A DNA stretch of 64,000 bases, taken from positions 32,001-96,000 of IMG/VR virus record IMGVR_UViG_3300026097_000010; one strand, given 5' to 3'. The notes under the pieces are model-generated. The model was not told the origin of the DNA. It did not search any database and worked only from the letters and a program-made list of their open reading frames with translations. The translations under genes were made by a program, and so were the position numbers. Of the stretch, positions 1-10,200 are shown piece by piece; the stretch's first letter is position 1, and each line of letters opens with the position of its first letter. Source of the stretch: a virus.

Positions 1-606
1 CGGATATTTGAATCTTTCACCTTCACAGTTTTCAACGAACAGTGCAGAAATATTTCTGGTTCTTGCTCCTGGTGTGGCATCATCCATAACAGTCTTGCTG
101 TGCTTAATGATTAGCCTGGTATCTTCTAGCTTTTGGAAACTCTGTGTTCTAGTTCCGTACATGTTACTTTCATTCATTATTCCTTCTCCGACGGGTGTTG
201 TAACTGAATCTGGTGTGGTTGGTTTAGGAGTTGCATACTGACTTAAAAATGCATAATCTCTTCTATCCAAATTATCTTTTGCGATGTCTCTAGTATCAAA
301 TGCTAACAGTCTACGTTTGGCAAATTGACGCAACTCTTTTAAAAACTTATACCAATTGTTTTTTTGACCATCATCCATACCTTCGGTAATGCCAGTAGAA
401 AAATAAACCTTCATCGAATTAGGTTCTGCAAGACTTACTGTGATATGTCCGATGGGATTTTCTCCTTCGGTATAGTTAAAATCAAAGAATCTTGCATCTT
501 CTGGATTAATGGTAATCTGGCTGGTTTCGTCGCCAAGTTTAAGACCAGAAAATCTACTTCTGATCTTGTAAAATAAATCTGTTGCTATATTATTGGTTGC
601 ATCCAT
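1..606 (-). CDS. hypothetical, probably virion-associated protein (partial, runs off the window start)
   Basis: Not in the ORF track. Read by hand from ATG at 606 (MDATNNIATDLFYKIRSRFSGLKLG...ERFKYP), open to position 1. Preceded by an ATAAATA late-type box. Confidence 0.8.
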   Translation of the reverse strand, partial: MDATNNIATDLFYKIRSRFSGLKLGDETSQITINPEDARFFDFNYTEGENPIGHITVSLAEPNSMKVYFSTGITEGMDDGQKNNWYKFLKELRQFAKRRLLAFDTRDIAKDNLDRRDYAFLSQYATPKPTTPDSVTTPVGEGIMNESNMYGTRTQSFQKLEDTRLIIKHSKTVMDDATPGARTRNISALFVENCEGERFKYP

Positions 607-619
607 AGTATTGTATTTA

Positions 620-2206
620 TCAGAGTATGCCGCTTACAAAGATAGGCATTGGCATCTCTTCTTCTGATACTTTTTCTGTCATCTTTTCGTAAATCTTGGG
701 ATCCCAGTCCGCTAACACATCTGCCATTCTGATCACAATTAACAGAGATGCAACCAAGTCGTCGTGTTCTCCACTCTTGGCACCGAAGCCAGTGCCTTGG
801 GCAACAAACGTTTTAAACTCTGATATCAAAGGCTTTGAATGCACGATCATTTTGCGAGTTTCTAATAGATTCTTAAGTTTTGAACAGGCTGTGATTTTTG
901 CCTTGTGTGTGGTATTAAATCCTTTGCGGTAACGTCTAACGTGACCTCTGCGAATCGGTTCGCTAATAAACAGTCCGTGAAAGTTTTCTTCACCGATGTC
1001 TGCAATAACTACCAATGCCGCTTCACCTAGTGTATTGTTTTCTACTGAGTAATAGATCTGTGGGGGACTGCCTTTTTCTTCACCTTGTTCGTGAATAAAT
1101 TTAAGGATTTCTCGCATTGTTTTTACCTGTTGCTGAACAGGAGTAGTGTTCGATCTCCACTCGCCGACTTGTTCCATACTAGGCATTTCGAATACCTGAA
1201 TAGCTCCGTAGTCGCCGCCGGTACCTAGACTAGGATCTAGTGCCACCATGTATGTTGCTTTGGGATTAATATCTTTGTACCAGCGAGTCTGTCCCATTGA
1301 TAAGATAGGATCTTTACCCTCTAGTTCAGCTAACTTAACAGCATTGATGAGTGTTTCGTCAAAGATCAAAAACTCACAGTCAAATTCTCGACGGAATCGT
1401 TCTTCACCAATTTTTGCTTTTTCTGTTGCGGCCCAGGATTCATTACGATCTGGATGTCTGTCCCAATGTGCAAAAAACGGATAAAACCCATTAGTGCCTA
1501 CTTCTTGATCATTACCAAACTCGTCAAACTTTTTATTAGCTTCAGTCCAAATCATAGCAAACTGATCTTCATCCGAGTTAGGTGTTGAAGTTACAATACA
1601 CTTACCACCTGTTGACAGCGTAGGTGAAAGTGCTGTCCAGAATTCTTTGGCTTTTTCAGGAGGTTGCACAAATGCAAACTCATCACAATAAATCAATGAT
1701 AGAGATTTACCACGTCCAGTATCTTCTGTTGTTGTAGTTGCTTGTACACGACTACCGTTGTCGAATTCAATTGTATTCCTGTTATACGAATATACACCTG
1801 CTCTAATAAAATCAGGCAACGACTCGTAACCGTATCTGAAACGATTCATAATATCCTGGGCACCTGTGTATTTGTGTGCGGCAATTAAAATCTGTGCTTC
1901 GGGTGTAAACATCGAATACCAAAGCAAATAACCTGCGGCACACGTAGTCTTACCCATCTGGCGAGGTAACATTGCTACAGTATAACGATAATCATGATAT
2001 GCTTTTAACATTTCTTCCTGATATTCGTAAGGAACAAATGGCATACTACCTTTAGTGGGGTGCTGAATTTGAAGAAATGTTTTACAAAAATATAAAGGAC
2101 CGTCGACGGGATCCATACATTTTTCTAAATGTTCAACTTCTTCTAGTGTGTATTTTTGTGGCGTATGAGCCTTTTTAATCTGAACGCCGTCAAGTGATTT
2201 ACTCAT
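620..2206 (-). CDS. terL: terminase large subunit (T4 gp17-like)
   Basis: PRQMGKTT Walker A, YCDEFAF Walker B, TSTPN coupling motif, RNase H-like nuclease domain (ALDPSLG...HDDLV). Start moved to MSKSLDG (2206) because the longer ORF overlaps a terminator and promoter. Confidence 0.96.
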   Translation of the reverse strand: MSKSLDGVQIKKAHTPQKYTLEEVEHLEKCMDPVDGPLYFCKTFLQIQHPTKGSMPFVPYEYQEEMLKAYHDYRYTVAMLPRQMGKTTCAAGYLLWYSMFTPEAQILIAAHKYTGAQDIMNRFRYGYESLPDFIRAGVYSYNRNTIEFDNGSRVQATTTTEDTGRGKSLSLIYCDEFAFVQPPEKAKEFWTALSPTLSTGGKCIVTSTPNSDEDQFAMIWTEANKKFDEFGNDQEVGTNGFYPFFAHWDRHPDRNESWAATEKAKIGEERFRREFDCEFLIFDETLINAVKLAELEGKDPILSMGQTRWYKDINPKATYMVALDPSLGTGGDYGAIQVFEMPSMEQVGEWRSNTTPVQQQVKTMREILKFIHEQGEEKGSPPQIYYSVENNTLGEAALVVIADIGEENFHGLFISEPIRRGHVRRYRKGFNTTHKAKITACSKLKNLLETRKMIVHSKPLISEFKTFVAQGTGFGAKSGEHDDLVASLLIVIRMADVLADWDPKIYEKMTEKVSEEEMPMPIFVSGIL

Positions 2207-2220
2207 ACTTTTACTTATCC

Positions 2221-2247
2221 AAAAAAATAGGGCCAAAAGGCCCTATT
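2221..2247 (-). terminator. intrinsic terminator
   Basis: AATAGGGCC-N4-GGCCCTATT hairpin followed by a T-run on the minus strand. Confidence 0.8.
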
Positions 2248-2261
2248 GATTTTATTAAAAT

Positions 2262-2720
2262 TTATGCTAGATTTAAACTAGTCTTTACTGTACAAGTTAC
2301 ACCTGTATAGTCAATTTGATTCGGCGTGCCGCCGCTCTGATCGCCTAGTGCAATAATTTCATCTTCGATTTGTTCTACTAGAGTTTCTGCACCGTTACCA
2401 TCCCAATCGAGACTCTGGTTGGTTGTTTCAACAGCAAAGGTCATTACCTGGCTCGTGCTATGCAAATCGCCGCGAATAACGATTGTGGCATATTCCTGTA
2501 CTTTTTCGATACAAACATTAATTGCTTCTTCTGGATTTAACTGGGCACTAACATCCGTACCAAAATCTAATTCAAAGAAGACCAATGGCTTATTACCGTT
2601 GTAAAGAGGTATTTCTAAATCCAAAGATGCAGGACCTGTTCCGCCAACGTGGTATTGTGGATTTCTTTTTACTAGTTCTGAGCTACCACCGCCAATTGTT
2701 GCAGTTGTTAAATCTGCCAT
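2262..2720 (-). CDS. hypothetical protein, possible virion/capsid decoration protein
   Basis: 152-aa ORF in a late operon. Function guessed from context only. Confidence 0.6.
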   Translation of the reverse strand: MADLTTATIGGGSSELVKRNPQYHVGGTGPASLDLEIPLYNGNKPLVFFELDFGTDVSAQLNPEEAINVCIEKVQEYATIVIRGDLHSTSQVMTFAVETTNQSLDWDGNGAETLVEQIEDEIIALGDQSGGTPNQIDYTGVTCTVKTSLNLA

Positions 2721-2722
2721 TC

Positions 2723-3553
2723 TTATTCCCCTTTGTACTGTGCTAGTCTCTGTGCTAGCTCTTCTTTAATTTGTGAGCGGAGATCCTTTTCTTCGCTCTC
2801 GTGATGTGCTACCTTTTGCATAGGATTGTCACCTTTAGAAACATTTGAATGTGTTCCTTTAGGACGGTTCATACCACCTGCTAGTGTGTTAAGAATATAA
2901 TCTACATCATCATATTCTTCGTTTGGTTCGTTTTCGTATGCTTCGTCTTGCTTGTTTAACTGAGCACGAATCTTACGGAACATTTCTTCTTCTCGACCTA
3001 TTTCCATACTGCTTCCGCCAAAATCAACTGCCATCTTATTCAATTCTGCATCACTGGCATTTTTGATTTGATCTAACATTTCTTTGCTAAACTTGCTGAG
3101 ATCGATGTCAGCCTCGTCTTGCTTGCCTTGCAGTGATGCATTTTCTTTTTTATGATCGTCCATATCGTGATCTAGATCACCGTCTTTGTCTAGAGTCTTA
3201 ACAATCATGTGATCTTTATCGTGTTTTGGAGGAAGATCATCGCCATCGTCATCACCTAGATCGGGAAGCATTTTTAAAGGAGCAATCATTGGCTTATCCA
3301 TTGGGCCGTCCATTTCAGGCTTTAAAGACATAGGCACAGTGTCTTTCTGATTGATCATATCAGGGTTGACCTTGGTCATTAATTTTAATACATCTTCAAT
3401 AGCATCACCTTCGGCACTAATGTTAACACTCATTCTCGCTTTATCTTCAGGTTGCGGAGCAGGCGGTGCCGGAGGCATATCACCAAAACCTTCTTCTACA
3501 GGCTGATTGTTAATAGCCTCTAACTTGTTAATTAAATCTTGTAAACCGTGCAT
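2723..3553 (-). CDS. acidic low-complexity hypothetical protein (possible prohead core/internal protein)
   Basis: 276 aa, D/E/P/M-rich, GGGAG SD upstream. Confidence 0.6.
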   Translation of the reverse strand: MHGLQDLINKLEAINNQPVEEGFGDMPPAPPAPQPEDKARMSVNISAEGDAIEDVLKLMTKVNPDMINQKDTVPMSLKPEMDGPMDKPMIAPLKMLPDLGDDDGDDLPPKHDKDHMIVKTLDKDGDLDHDMDDHKKENASLQGKQDEADIDLSKFSKEMLDQIKNASDAELNKMAVDFGGSSMEIGREEEMFRKIRAQLNKQDEAYENEPNEEYDDVDYILNTLAGGMNRPKGTHSNVSKGDNPMQKVAHHESEEKDLRSQIKEELAQRLAQYKGE

Positions 3554-3555
3554 TG

Positions 3556-4128
3556 TTAACTCCCGACAGGGCTGTCTTTCCCTGTCTTTCCTTCTTTTGC
3601 TGTTGTTTCTAAAACATCTAAGTCAGTGTTGTCCTGGCCTAGTTCTTTTTTACGTTCTTGTGCTGCCTTTGCTAGGTCTGCTAAAAATCCTTTGTTAAAT
3701 TCGTCACCAAAATAATCTTTGTGTTCTACATCCGGCGACTCTGCATAAGTTTCGTCTGTTAACAATGAACCTTCACGCTGATCGTCCATAAGTTCTTGAT
3801 CGATTTCGCTAGGCTCTAAGCTGCCTCTGACTTTGAATTTAGAAGGTGCAACACCCATTTCTAGAATTTCTTGATGAATTTCAGGGCTAGTAATAGGATA
3901 TTCACACACTAAATCAAACACTGTTACTTCAGCGTTTCTGGCTTCTGGAAAATCTAAAGGAGCTTCTTGAATAGGAGTTGTTTTGATTTTATCAAACGTT
4001 ACAATTCCACAACGATCAACGCGAGTTTTTAGATCTTCTTGAAAGTTTTCTGGGACTTCGCCAGCAACTTTGATCTTGAAACCATAAACTTTTGTGCTTT
4101 CTGTTAAGTATTCTTTAAAGGTTTTCAT
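3556..4128 (-). CDS. hypothetical protein with capsid-targeting-like N-terminus
   Basis: Starts MKTFKEYLTE, similar to the T4 internal protein capsid targeting sequence. Confidence 0.6.
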   Translation of the reverse strand: MKTFKEYLTESTKVYGFKIKVAGEVPENFQEDLKTRVDRCGIVTFDKIKTTPIQEAPLDFPEARNAEVTVFDLVCEYPITSPEIHQEILEMGVAPSKFKVRGSLEPSEIDQELMDDQREGSLLTDETYAESPDVEHKDYFGDEFNKGFLADLAKAAQERKKELGQDNTDLDVLETTAKEGKTGKDSPVGS

Positions 4129-4136
4129 ATGTGTAT

Positions 4137-4619
4137 TTATTCCTTTTTGCCCAATTTCTTCAATAACTCGTTGCGGTCAGAAATAATATATCCTGAACCG
4201 TTTACAACTTCGCCTTCTGCTTCGGGCATATCCTTGTCAATTTTATATTTTTTCATTTGTAAATCTACGGCCTTTAGCTTTTTATCAATTTTTGCTGTTT
4301 TAGCATCTATGGCATTTTTCATCATAGAGCTAGCAACTTCAAAAATTCTGCCGCTGTATCTTACTTCTACATTCATTCCGAGATCCATCAAATCGTCGTA
4401 GGCTTGTTCTGCTTTTGATGCTAGCGAGTCTAGTTCATTGTCAGATGCATCGTCTAGTTCGGGGATTTCTGGAAGAGATTTTGTGATATCTTTAACCGCT
4501 TCGAAGCTGTCATCAAGACTTTTAACCTGTTCGTGTGCGGGAACTTCAGGTTCAACCACTTCGGGCTCAACCTTGTTTTGTTCTTCTAAATTAAACAGTT
4601 CTTCTAGTTTTTTGGTCAT
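4137..4619 (-). CDS. probable terminase small subunit (gp16-like)
   Basis: Helical 160-aa protein. YDDLMDLG...GRIFEVASSMMKNAIDAK...DLQMKK resembles the PRAYEV...K...DLQKK segment of T4-like small terminases. Near terL. Confidence 0.55.
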   Translation of the reverse strand: MTKKLEELFNLEEQNKVEPEVVEPEVPAHEQVKSLDDSFEAVKDITKSLPEIPELDDASDNELDSLASKAEQAYDDLMDLGMNVEVRYSGRIFEVASSMMKNAIDAKTAKIDKKLKAVDLQMKKYKIDKDMPEAEGEVVNGSGYIISDRNELLKKLGKKE

Positions 4620-4627
4620 ACTATTAC

Positions 4628-5068
4628 TTATCTACGTTTTTTACCGTTATGGAAAATATCTTCTTCGGTTACAACTCTAAATTTAATTCGTTTTTGTTTA
4701 CACCAGGCAGTTGCTGCCTCCCATTTCGCAAGATTTTTCACATACTGTTCTTGATTATATCCGCTTTTGCCAACACGCTCTCTCAACGTGTGATTGGTAG
4801 GCTTTACTTCTATCAGTTCTGCGTTTTTCTTTCCGTTTTTGTCTTGATATACGATAAAAAAATCTGGTACATATATCGTGGATTTACCTGTTAACGGATC
4901 TCTATATGGTATCTGTATACTTTCACTGGCCCAAGATTCCACACCGGGATGCTCGTCTAGCATTTTCATAAACACAAACTCCCAACTGCTTCTAGCGTGT
5001 GGAGATTTTTTACCCACGTATTTACTGGGGTTTTTTGGTTCAAATCTTCCTTGGGCAAATCTTGGCAT
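4628..5068 (-). CDS. head completion protein (T4 gp4-like, TnsA-type PD-(D/E)xK fold)
   Basis: GRFEPKNPSKYVG, RSSWE, WASESIQIPY, YVPDF, LIEVKP, KWEAA, FRVVTE motifs. Confidence 0.9.
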   Translation of the reverse strand: MPRFAQGRFEPKNPSKYVGKKSPHARSSWEFVFMKMLDEHPGVESWASESIQIPYRDPLTGKSTIYVPDFFIVYQDKNGKKNAELIEVKPTNHTLRERVGKSGYNQEQYVKNLAKWEAATAWCKQKRIKFRVVTEEDIFHNGKKRR

Positions 5069-5433
5069 TAGGCTAAAATATTCCTTAACTTAGAAGTTTG
5101 AGGGACATCTACTTTAAATCCTAATGTCGATGTAGGCACTCTGTTATTATTTAAAATTTCACCGACTAGTGTACTAATCTGTAATGTTTGTAGATTTTTT
5201 AAGCCGTCGAGAACTTCAAAAATAGAAATTCCTTCTAATTTGGCTTGCTTTAGAAGAGTTATGGCGGTCACTTGACTTGCGTCTTCGTCAAACCCTGCTT
5301 TTTTGAAAAAGTTTACAGCAGCATTTACATCTGCAGCTGGAAACTGTAAAGGTTCTTTTCCGTAGCTGTCGAAAAATAATTTTGTTCCGGCGGCGCTGTC
5401 ATCTAGTTGTTTGGGTGGTAAATTTGTTGACAT
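5068..5433 (-). CDS. hypothetical protein
   Basis: 121-aa ORF translationally coupled to both neighbours. Confidence 0.7.
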   Translation of the reverse strand: MSTNLPPKQLDDSAAGTKLFFDSYGKEPLQFPAADVNAAVNFFKKAGFDEDASQVTAITLLKQAKLEGISIFEVLDGLKNLQTLQISTLVGEILNNNRVPTSTLGFKVDVPQTSKLRNILA

Positions 5434-6536
5434 TATGAAGATCCTTCTGTACTAGTTAGATTTTTCTGCGTAGCTATTGTTGCTTGATCTGAATTATCAT
5501 TTTTAGGAAATACAGCTCCAGCAATCCCCGCAATTGTTGATACTCCTGCTGGACTTGATATAATATTTACTGCTTCTTGTTTAATGTCATCGACAGAAAG
5601 ATCCTTAAAATTCTTATATGTGTTTGCGGCTCGAATTGCTGTGCCTAAAAAATTCTGCGGAGAATCAAATGCCTGGCCGCTACCGACTGCTCCGAATATT
5701 GATTCTAGGCCATCTAGTAATCCGCCTTCTCCTACAATCGATCCGACTCCTCCGCCGGCAACAGTTAAAGGACTAGGAGTAACATCGTAGTGTAGGTCTG
5801 CAAAGCCTTTAATACCTTCGCTTACTCTTCCGCCGCCATAAATTACCGCTTCGTATTCTACGTCCATAGAATTTTCAGCTGGATCGGCACTTTGTGAATA
5901 ATCCATTTCGCTGTGTTTCCAAGTGGTAATTTTAGGATTTACTAGTGTATAACTTAAAAATCGTTGTCTACTCATCGTGTAGATAGTAATACTTTTAAAT
6001 AAGTCAACGGATTTGTCGTTGTCTAGCCCATACCTAAAATCATCATATTTTGTACCTGCTTGACGATACTTTGTGTCTCCGTAAGCGGAAATGATACTAG
6101 ATCCGATATCTCGTACACTTGCTGTGTTTCTGTCTGCTATGTAATAACCATAATATATAGCCCACAATGCATTCACAACTCCGGCACTGTCGTCGTGAAA
6201 ACTAAACGATATAGGATCATAGTTGATCATTTTATATATTATTCGTTTACGATTATACTGATTCTTGGTTTCTGTGTCGAATTTAAAGCTAGGTAAATCT
6301 GTACGTTTAACCAACATACCGAACTCTTCGATTTCTTTGTTTCCAAATTTAGGTGCTTTAAATGCTGTTCTGTCAATTTCGAATCTAACAAAATAATTAA
6401 ACTTGGTTCTCGGAGCCAGTCTAAAAGTGTCATCGATAAACAGTCTCGAAGCGTGTCTATAGTCAGACGAAATGCCTTTAGGATTTGTTAAACCCGATGT
6501 AAATCCTGTAAGGAATCTTGTGAATTTATTTGCCAT
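5433..6536 (-). CDS. tail tube-fold protein (baseplate tail-tube initiator/cap, gp54/gp48-like)
   Basis: LVKRTDLPSF...YDPISFSFHDD...YTLVNPKITTW...MDVEYE tube-fold pattern, directly downstream of the tube gene. Confidence 0.6.
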   Translation of the reverse strand: MANKFTRFLTGFTSGLTNPKGISSDYRHASRLFIDDTFRLAPRTKFNYFVRFEIDRTAFKAPKFGNKEIEEFGMLVKRTDLPSFKFDTETKNQYNRKRIIYKMINYDPISFSFHDDSAGVVNALWAIYYGYYIADRNTASVRDIGSSIISAYGDTKYRQAGTKYDDFRYGLDNDKSVDLFKSITIYTMSRQRFLSYTLVNPKITTWKHSEMDYSQSADPAENSMDVEYEAVIYGGGRVSEGIKGFADLHYDVTPSPLTVAGGGVGSIVGEGGLLDGLESIFGAVGSGQAFDSPQNFLGTAIRAANTYKNFKDLSVDDIKQEAVNIISSPAGVSTIAGIAGAVFPKNDNSDQATIATQKNLTSTEGSS

Positions 6537-6552
6537 ACTATTATTTAGCCGT

Positions 6553-6584
6553 AAAAAAAGCCCAGTTTTTATACTGAGCTTTTT
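6553..6584 (-). terminator. intrinsic terminator (possibly bidirectional) after tail tube gene
   Basis: AAAAAAAGCCCAGT...ACTGAGCTTTTT inverted repeat with A- and T-runs on both sides. Confidence 0.75.
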
Positions 6585-6598
6585 GAGTAAGGTAGTTA

Positions 6599-7231
6599 TT
6601 AACCGCCTGTGGTTAAGTTACCTAGAGTTGAGTTAAAGGCTGCGCCGATATTCTGACCAATACCTTCAATAACTGTATCACTACCTGCTTTGAGCTGTGT
6701 CATATTATCAAATCTAATCGATAACGCAACAGTTGCCGCTTCGTTTGTGCCGTAGTTTAAATCGTTGTAGTTAACGTTCTGCAAGAAGCAACCCCATAGG
6801 TTAGTAGTTTCTAAAACTCCAACTTCTTGGGCACCATTACCACCGTCTAAAACTTCAATCCTAGTGGTAAACTTGTAATCAATACCACTTCTAGCACCAG
6901 CTTGTTCAACAAAGTCGTATTGCTTCTGAACCTGCTGTCCTACTAGACGCTGTACAAATCCACTTGCATCATCACGTAAATTAAGTGTAATGGCTTCAAA
7001 GCTGTGCTTACCAGCTAGGTATACTTTTGAGTTATACACGTCGAGTGTCATTTCTTCAAAAGTCACACTCGGACGAGCAACATCAATTACCTGCTTGGTT
7101 AGCTCAGTTGCTGCCTCAGCACCAAAACCGAGTAGTGTTACTCGGAAACGATACTTTAACTTAGGCATTAATAGTACTTGGTTGCCACCGTCTGTTGGTA
7201 CTCCAAAGTTGTTAAGTGAAGTAATTGGCAT
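6599..7231 (-). CDS. tail tube protein (gp19-like)
   Basis: PKLKYRFRV, RPSVTFEE, YLAGKHSFEAITLNLRDD, LWGCF...LNY...LSIRFDN. Directly follows the sheath gene. Confidence 0.85.
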   Translation of the reverse strand: MPITSLNNFGVPTDGGNQVLLMPKLKYRFRVTLLGFGAEAATELTKQVIDVARPSVTFEEMTLDVYNSKVYLAGKHSFEAITLNLRDDASGFVQRLVGQQVQKQYDFVEQAGARSGIDYKFTTRIEVLDGGNGAQEVGVLETTNLWGCFLQNVNYNDLNYGTNEAATVALSIRFDNMTQLKAGSDTVIEGIGQNIGAAFNSTLGNLTTGG

Positions 7232-7233
7232 AA

Positions 7234-10200
7234 TTAAATTTCTCCTGTGTTTCTAACACGCAACGGAATGTAAATGAATTCAACTGCTTTCACAGGTTCT
7301 ATCGCAACATCTACATAAAGTTCATTACGATCGATTCTTGCTGGCGTGTTATTTGTTTCATCGCATACTACAGCAAAATCGAAAATTGCTCTTAAACCTA
7401 CTAGTTCAAGTAATAGACTTTCTACTGCTTGCTTAATCTCGTCTCTTGTAATCTTATCATTTGGTTCAAAGATGTAAGGACGAGCAAGTTTGTCTAATTG
7501 ACTACGCAAATAAACAACTAATCGAGCAACGTTGATTCTGTCTAAAGCACTAGCATTTCTTGCACGAGTCTTTTGACCGTATGCTACTAGTCCAACACCA
7601 TTAAAGAATGGAATTGGATTGATCTTTAGATCATATAGTGTATCGCGCTGTCCTTCATTAAGTGCAACAGTTTGGAACTCTCCTGTTAAGCTGTCGATAT
7701 AACCAACCGCTGTAGCATTTGTGATTCCGCCTCTTCTTGTGCCTGCCGGTGCAAACCAAGGGAAGCTAACCTGATCACTTAATGCAATCGTTCTCATCAT
7801 CATATGAGAAGCCGGAACAACAGCACTTGCGCCGGTTAAATCGGTTGTGATACCGTTTGGATAGAATGTAGCCAAATACTCATCGAATGTAACAATGCCG
7901 TCGTCACCGTTATCAGTTACTAAATTAGCATTAGATCCCCAGTTAGACAAAGAAGTTGCGTCTGATTCTAATCTTAGCGGTGTGTCGCCAATTACAAACG
8001 CTGTTACGCCACGATCAATGTTTAGATTAACTAGATTGCTCATTAACTCAGGATATCCTGGACAAGCAATTAAGTTAAAGTTTCTACGCTCTTCGTCACG
8101 GATTTGATCGTTTGTATCTACGAAGCTCTTAAGTGCTGCTACAGTAACCGATCTTTGTGCTTTACGTCCGAAACTGCCTGAACCGTCTTCTTGATTAGGT
8201 GATGCTGTTACCCAACGATCTTCTGCATATCCGCTCATTGCTTCGCTGTTATTAAATCGAGGATTGTCAGCAGTTAAGTCAATATAATTATTTACATAAC
8301 GCTTAACATTGCCTCCGCTTCTGCGTAAATTCCATAACAGCATATTTTGCGGATATAATGCTGGATCTGGTGCATCTGGATCTAGATAATTATTTGTTAA
8401 CAAATCTTCAATATCTGCAGCAGGGTATAACTGTCCAGTTGTACCGCCTGATGTGCTCCAACGAGCGTCGGCAAATAATACACCTTCCTCTGTAACCTGG
8501 TCTGTCTTATCTATAAGAACCCATTCTACTAACAGATCGCTCCAACGGTACATTGTTGGGAAGTTTTCTAGATCAGCGGTAGAAATCCAAATATGATTAT
8601 TAATTTGTTTTTGGGCTGTGGTTAATTCAGGCTCGCTTGCAGAAACAATAATTTCTGCACTTGTATAATCTGGATGATTATTGAATCCAACCCAAGTAGT
8701 GCCGTTGTGAACCATTAAATCAACTTCTGAAAACTCTGGGTTATACCAAAGAGTGCCGTCTGCCGGCTCTTCAGTTGGATCATCATCACTAGCGTAAAAA
8801 TCATCTACTGCCAACGGTCTCCAGTTTGAAGCAAGATAGTTTTCGTCTGCTCCTGGAACTAAAGGCCCGCTTCCGTCTGTTGCTGAACCAACAGTTAAAT
8901 TATAGAAGTTTGCTGTTCCTGTTTCGTCGTCAATATTAAATGGGGTAAAGATTTTCGAAATAGGTGTACCGTCGCCGTCTGTTAATCTAAAGTCGCCGCC
9001 TCTTCTGTGTATAATTTGTACTCTATCATCATCTGTTACAGAAGCTTCTACATTATTAAGTCCAGCCGCATTAATCGCCGAAGCAATAGTTTCGGCATCA
9101 GTAACATCGCCAGATGCTGTGAAAGATACTGTCACTGGTGTAGCGACACCTGTAAAGTTTCCATTATTGTCTAGTGTATCACTTAGCACTTCTGATCCTA
9201 ATAATGATTCGGAAACAGTAAATGAATGTTCTACTCCAGTCGTAAACTGATCAGAAATAACATTAGAAGTTATGATAGTATTACCAATCGCAACACGTTT
9301 CCAAGCTCGGAATTTTGCAACCATTGGGTCGGTATCGTAACCGGTATGCTCTTCTGCGTTTGATTGAACAAATAATGTTTCAACTGGGATTAGTGAACCA
9401 CCGTTTGCACGGTCTAAATTAAAAAGTGCAGATTGCGGTGTTGCATAAATCGGTGCACTAACTTCAACCCACGATGTAGTAGCTTCGTTCCACTGTTTGA
9501 TTCTCCAGCGGGCGCCATTTCCTGGTTCTGTAGTTTTAATCCAAACCGAACCTGTTGGACGATTGGTTTGTCCGGATCCACTTGACTTCCATTGAGGAAC
9601 CTGTGTATGCGGTGCCATTTGAACAATAGGACCGTAGTATGCTTCTCCAGCTTCGATACCTAAATCTGATAAGATATCTGATGCTTGTCCAGTTCCTTCT
9701 TCGATAATAATAGCATTTGAAAGTGTACTATCACCAACTTGATCATTTGCGGCATTTGTATATAGATATAGTCTGTTTCTTGAAGTAGTTGCAAATACTC
9801 CTCTTGAAGTATCCTGATCTACTACTGTTACGGTATTAATCGCAGAAACAATATCTGTTAGTGTATCAGCAGAATCTATACTTACACTATTTCCGTTTAT
9901 AATAATTGTACCGGTCCATCCAATAGCACCACTTACAGCATTTGATGTAACAGCTGGATGAGATAATGCCCACTCTTGACTGCCTACTAGCACCCAGTCG
10001 CCGGCGCTGTTACCGCCTACTGTTACACCAGTCTTGTACCACATGCTGATAAGTTCTTTTGATGCTGTAAAGCTTGTTCCGCCGTTTACTGTCTGAGCAA
10101 CAACAGCATAATCGCCAATTGCACCTACCGAACCTACAGGAGCGCCATTACTTACTTTTCCTGTGTCTGTATCAGTTAATACAATCGGAGTTTTAGTTGC

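Noticed and set aside
4628-5068. TnsA transposase / Tn7-like element
   Set aside because: Motifs and context fit T4 gp4 head completion protein, and there are no other transposition genes or ends.
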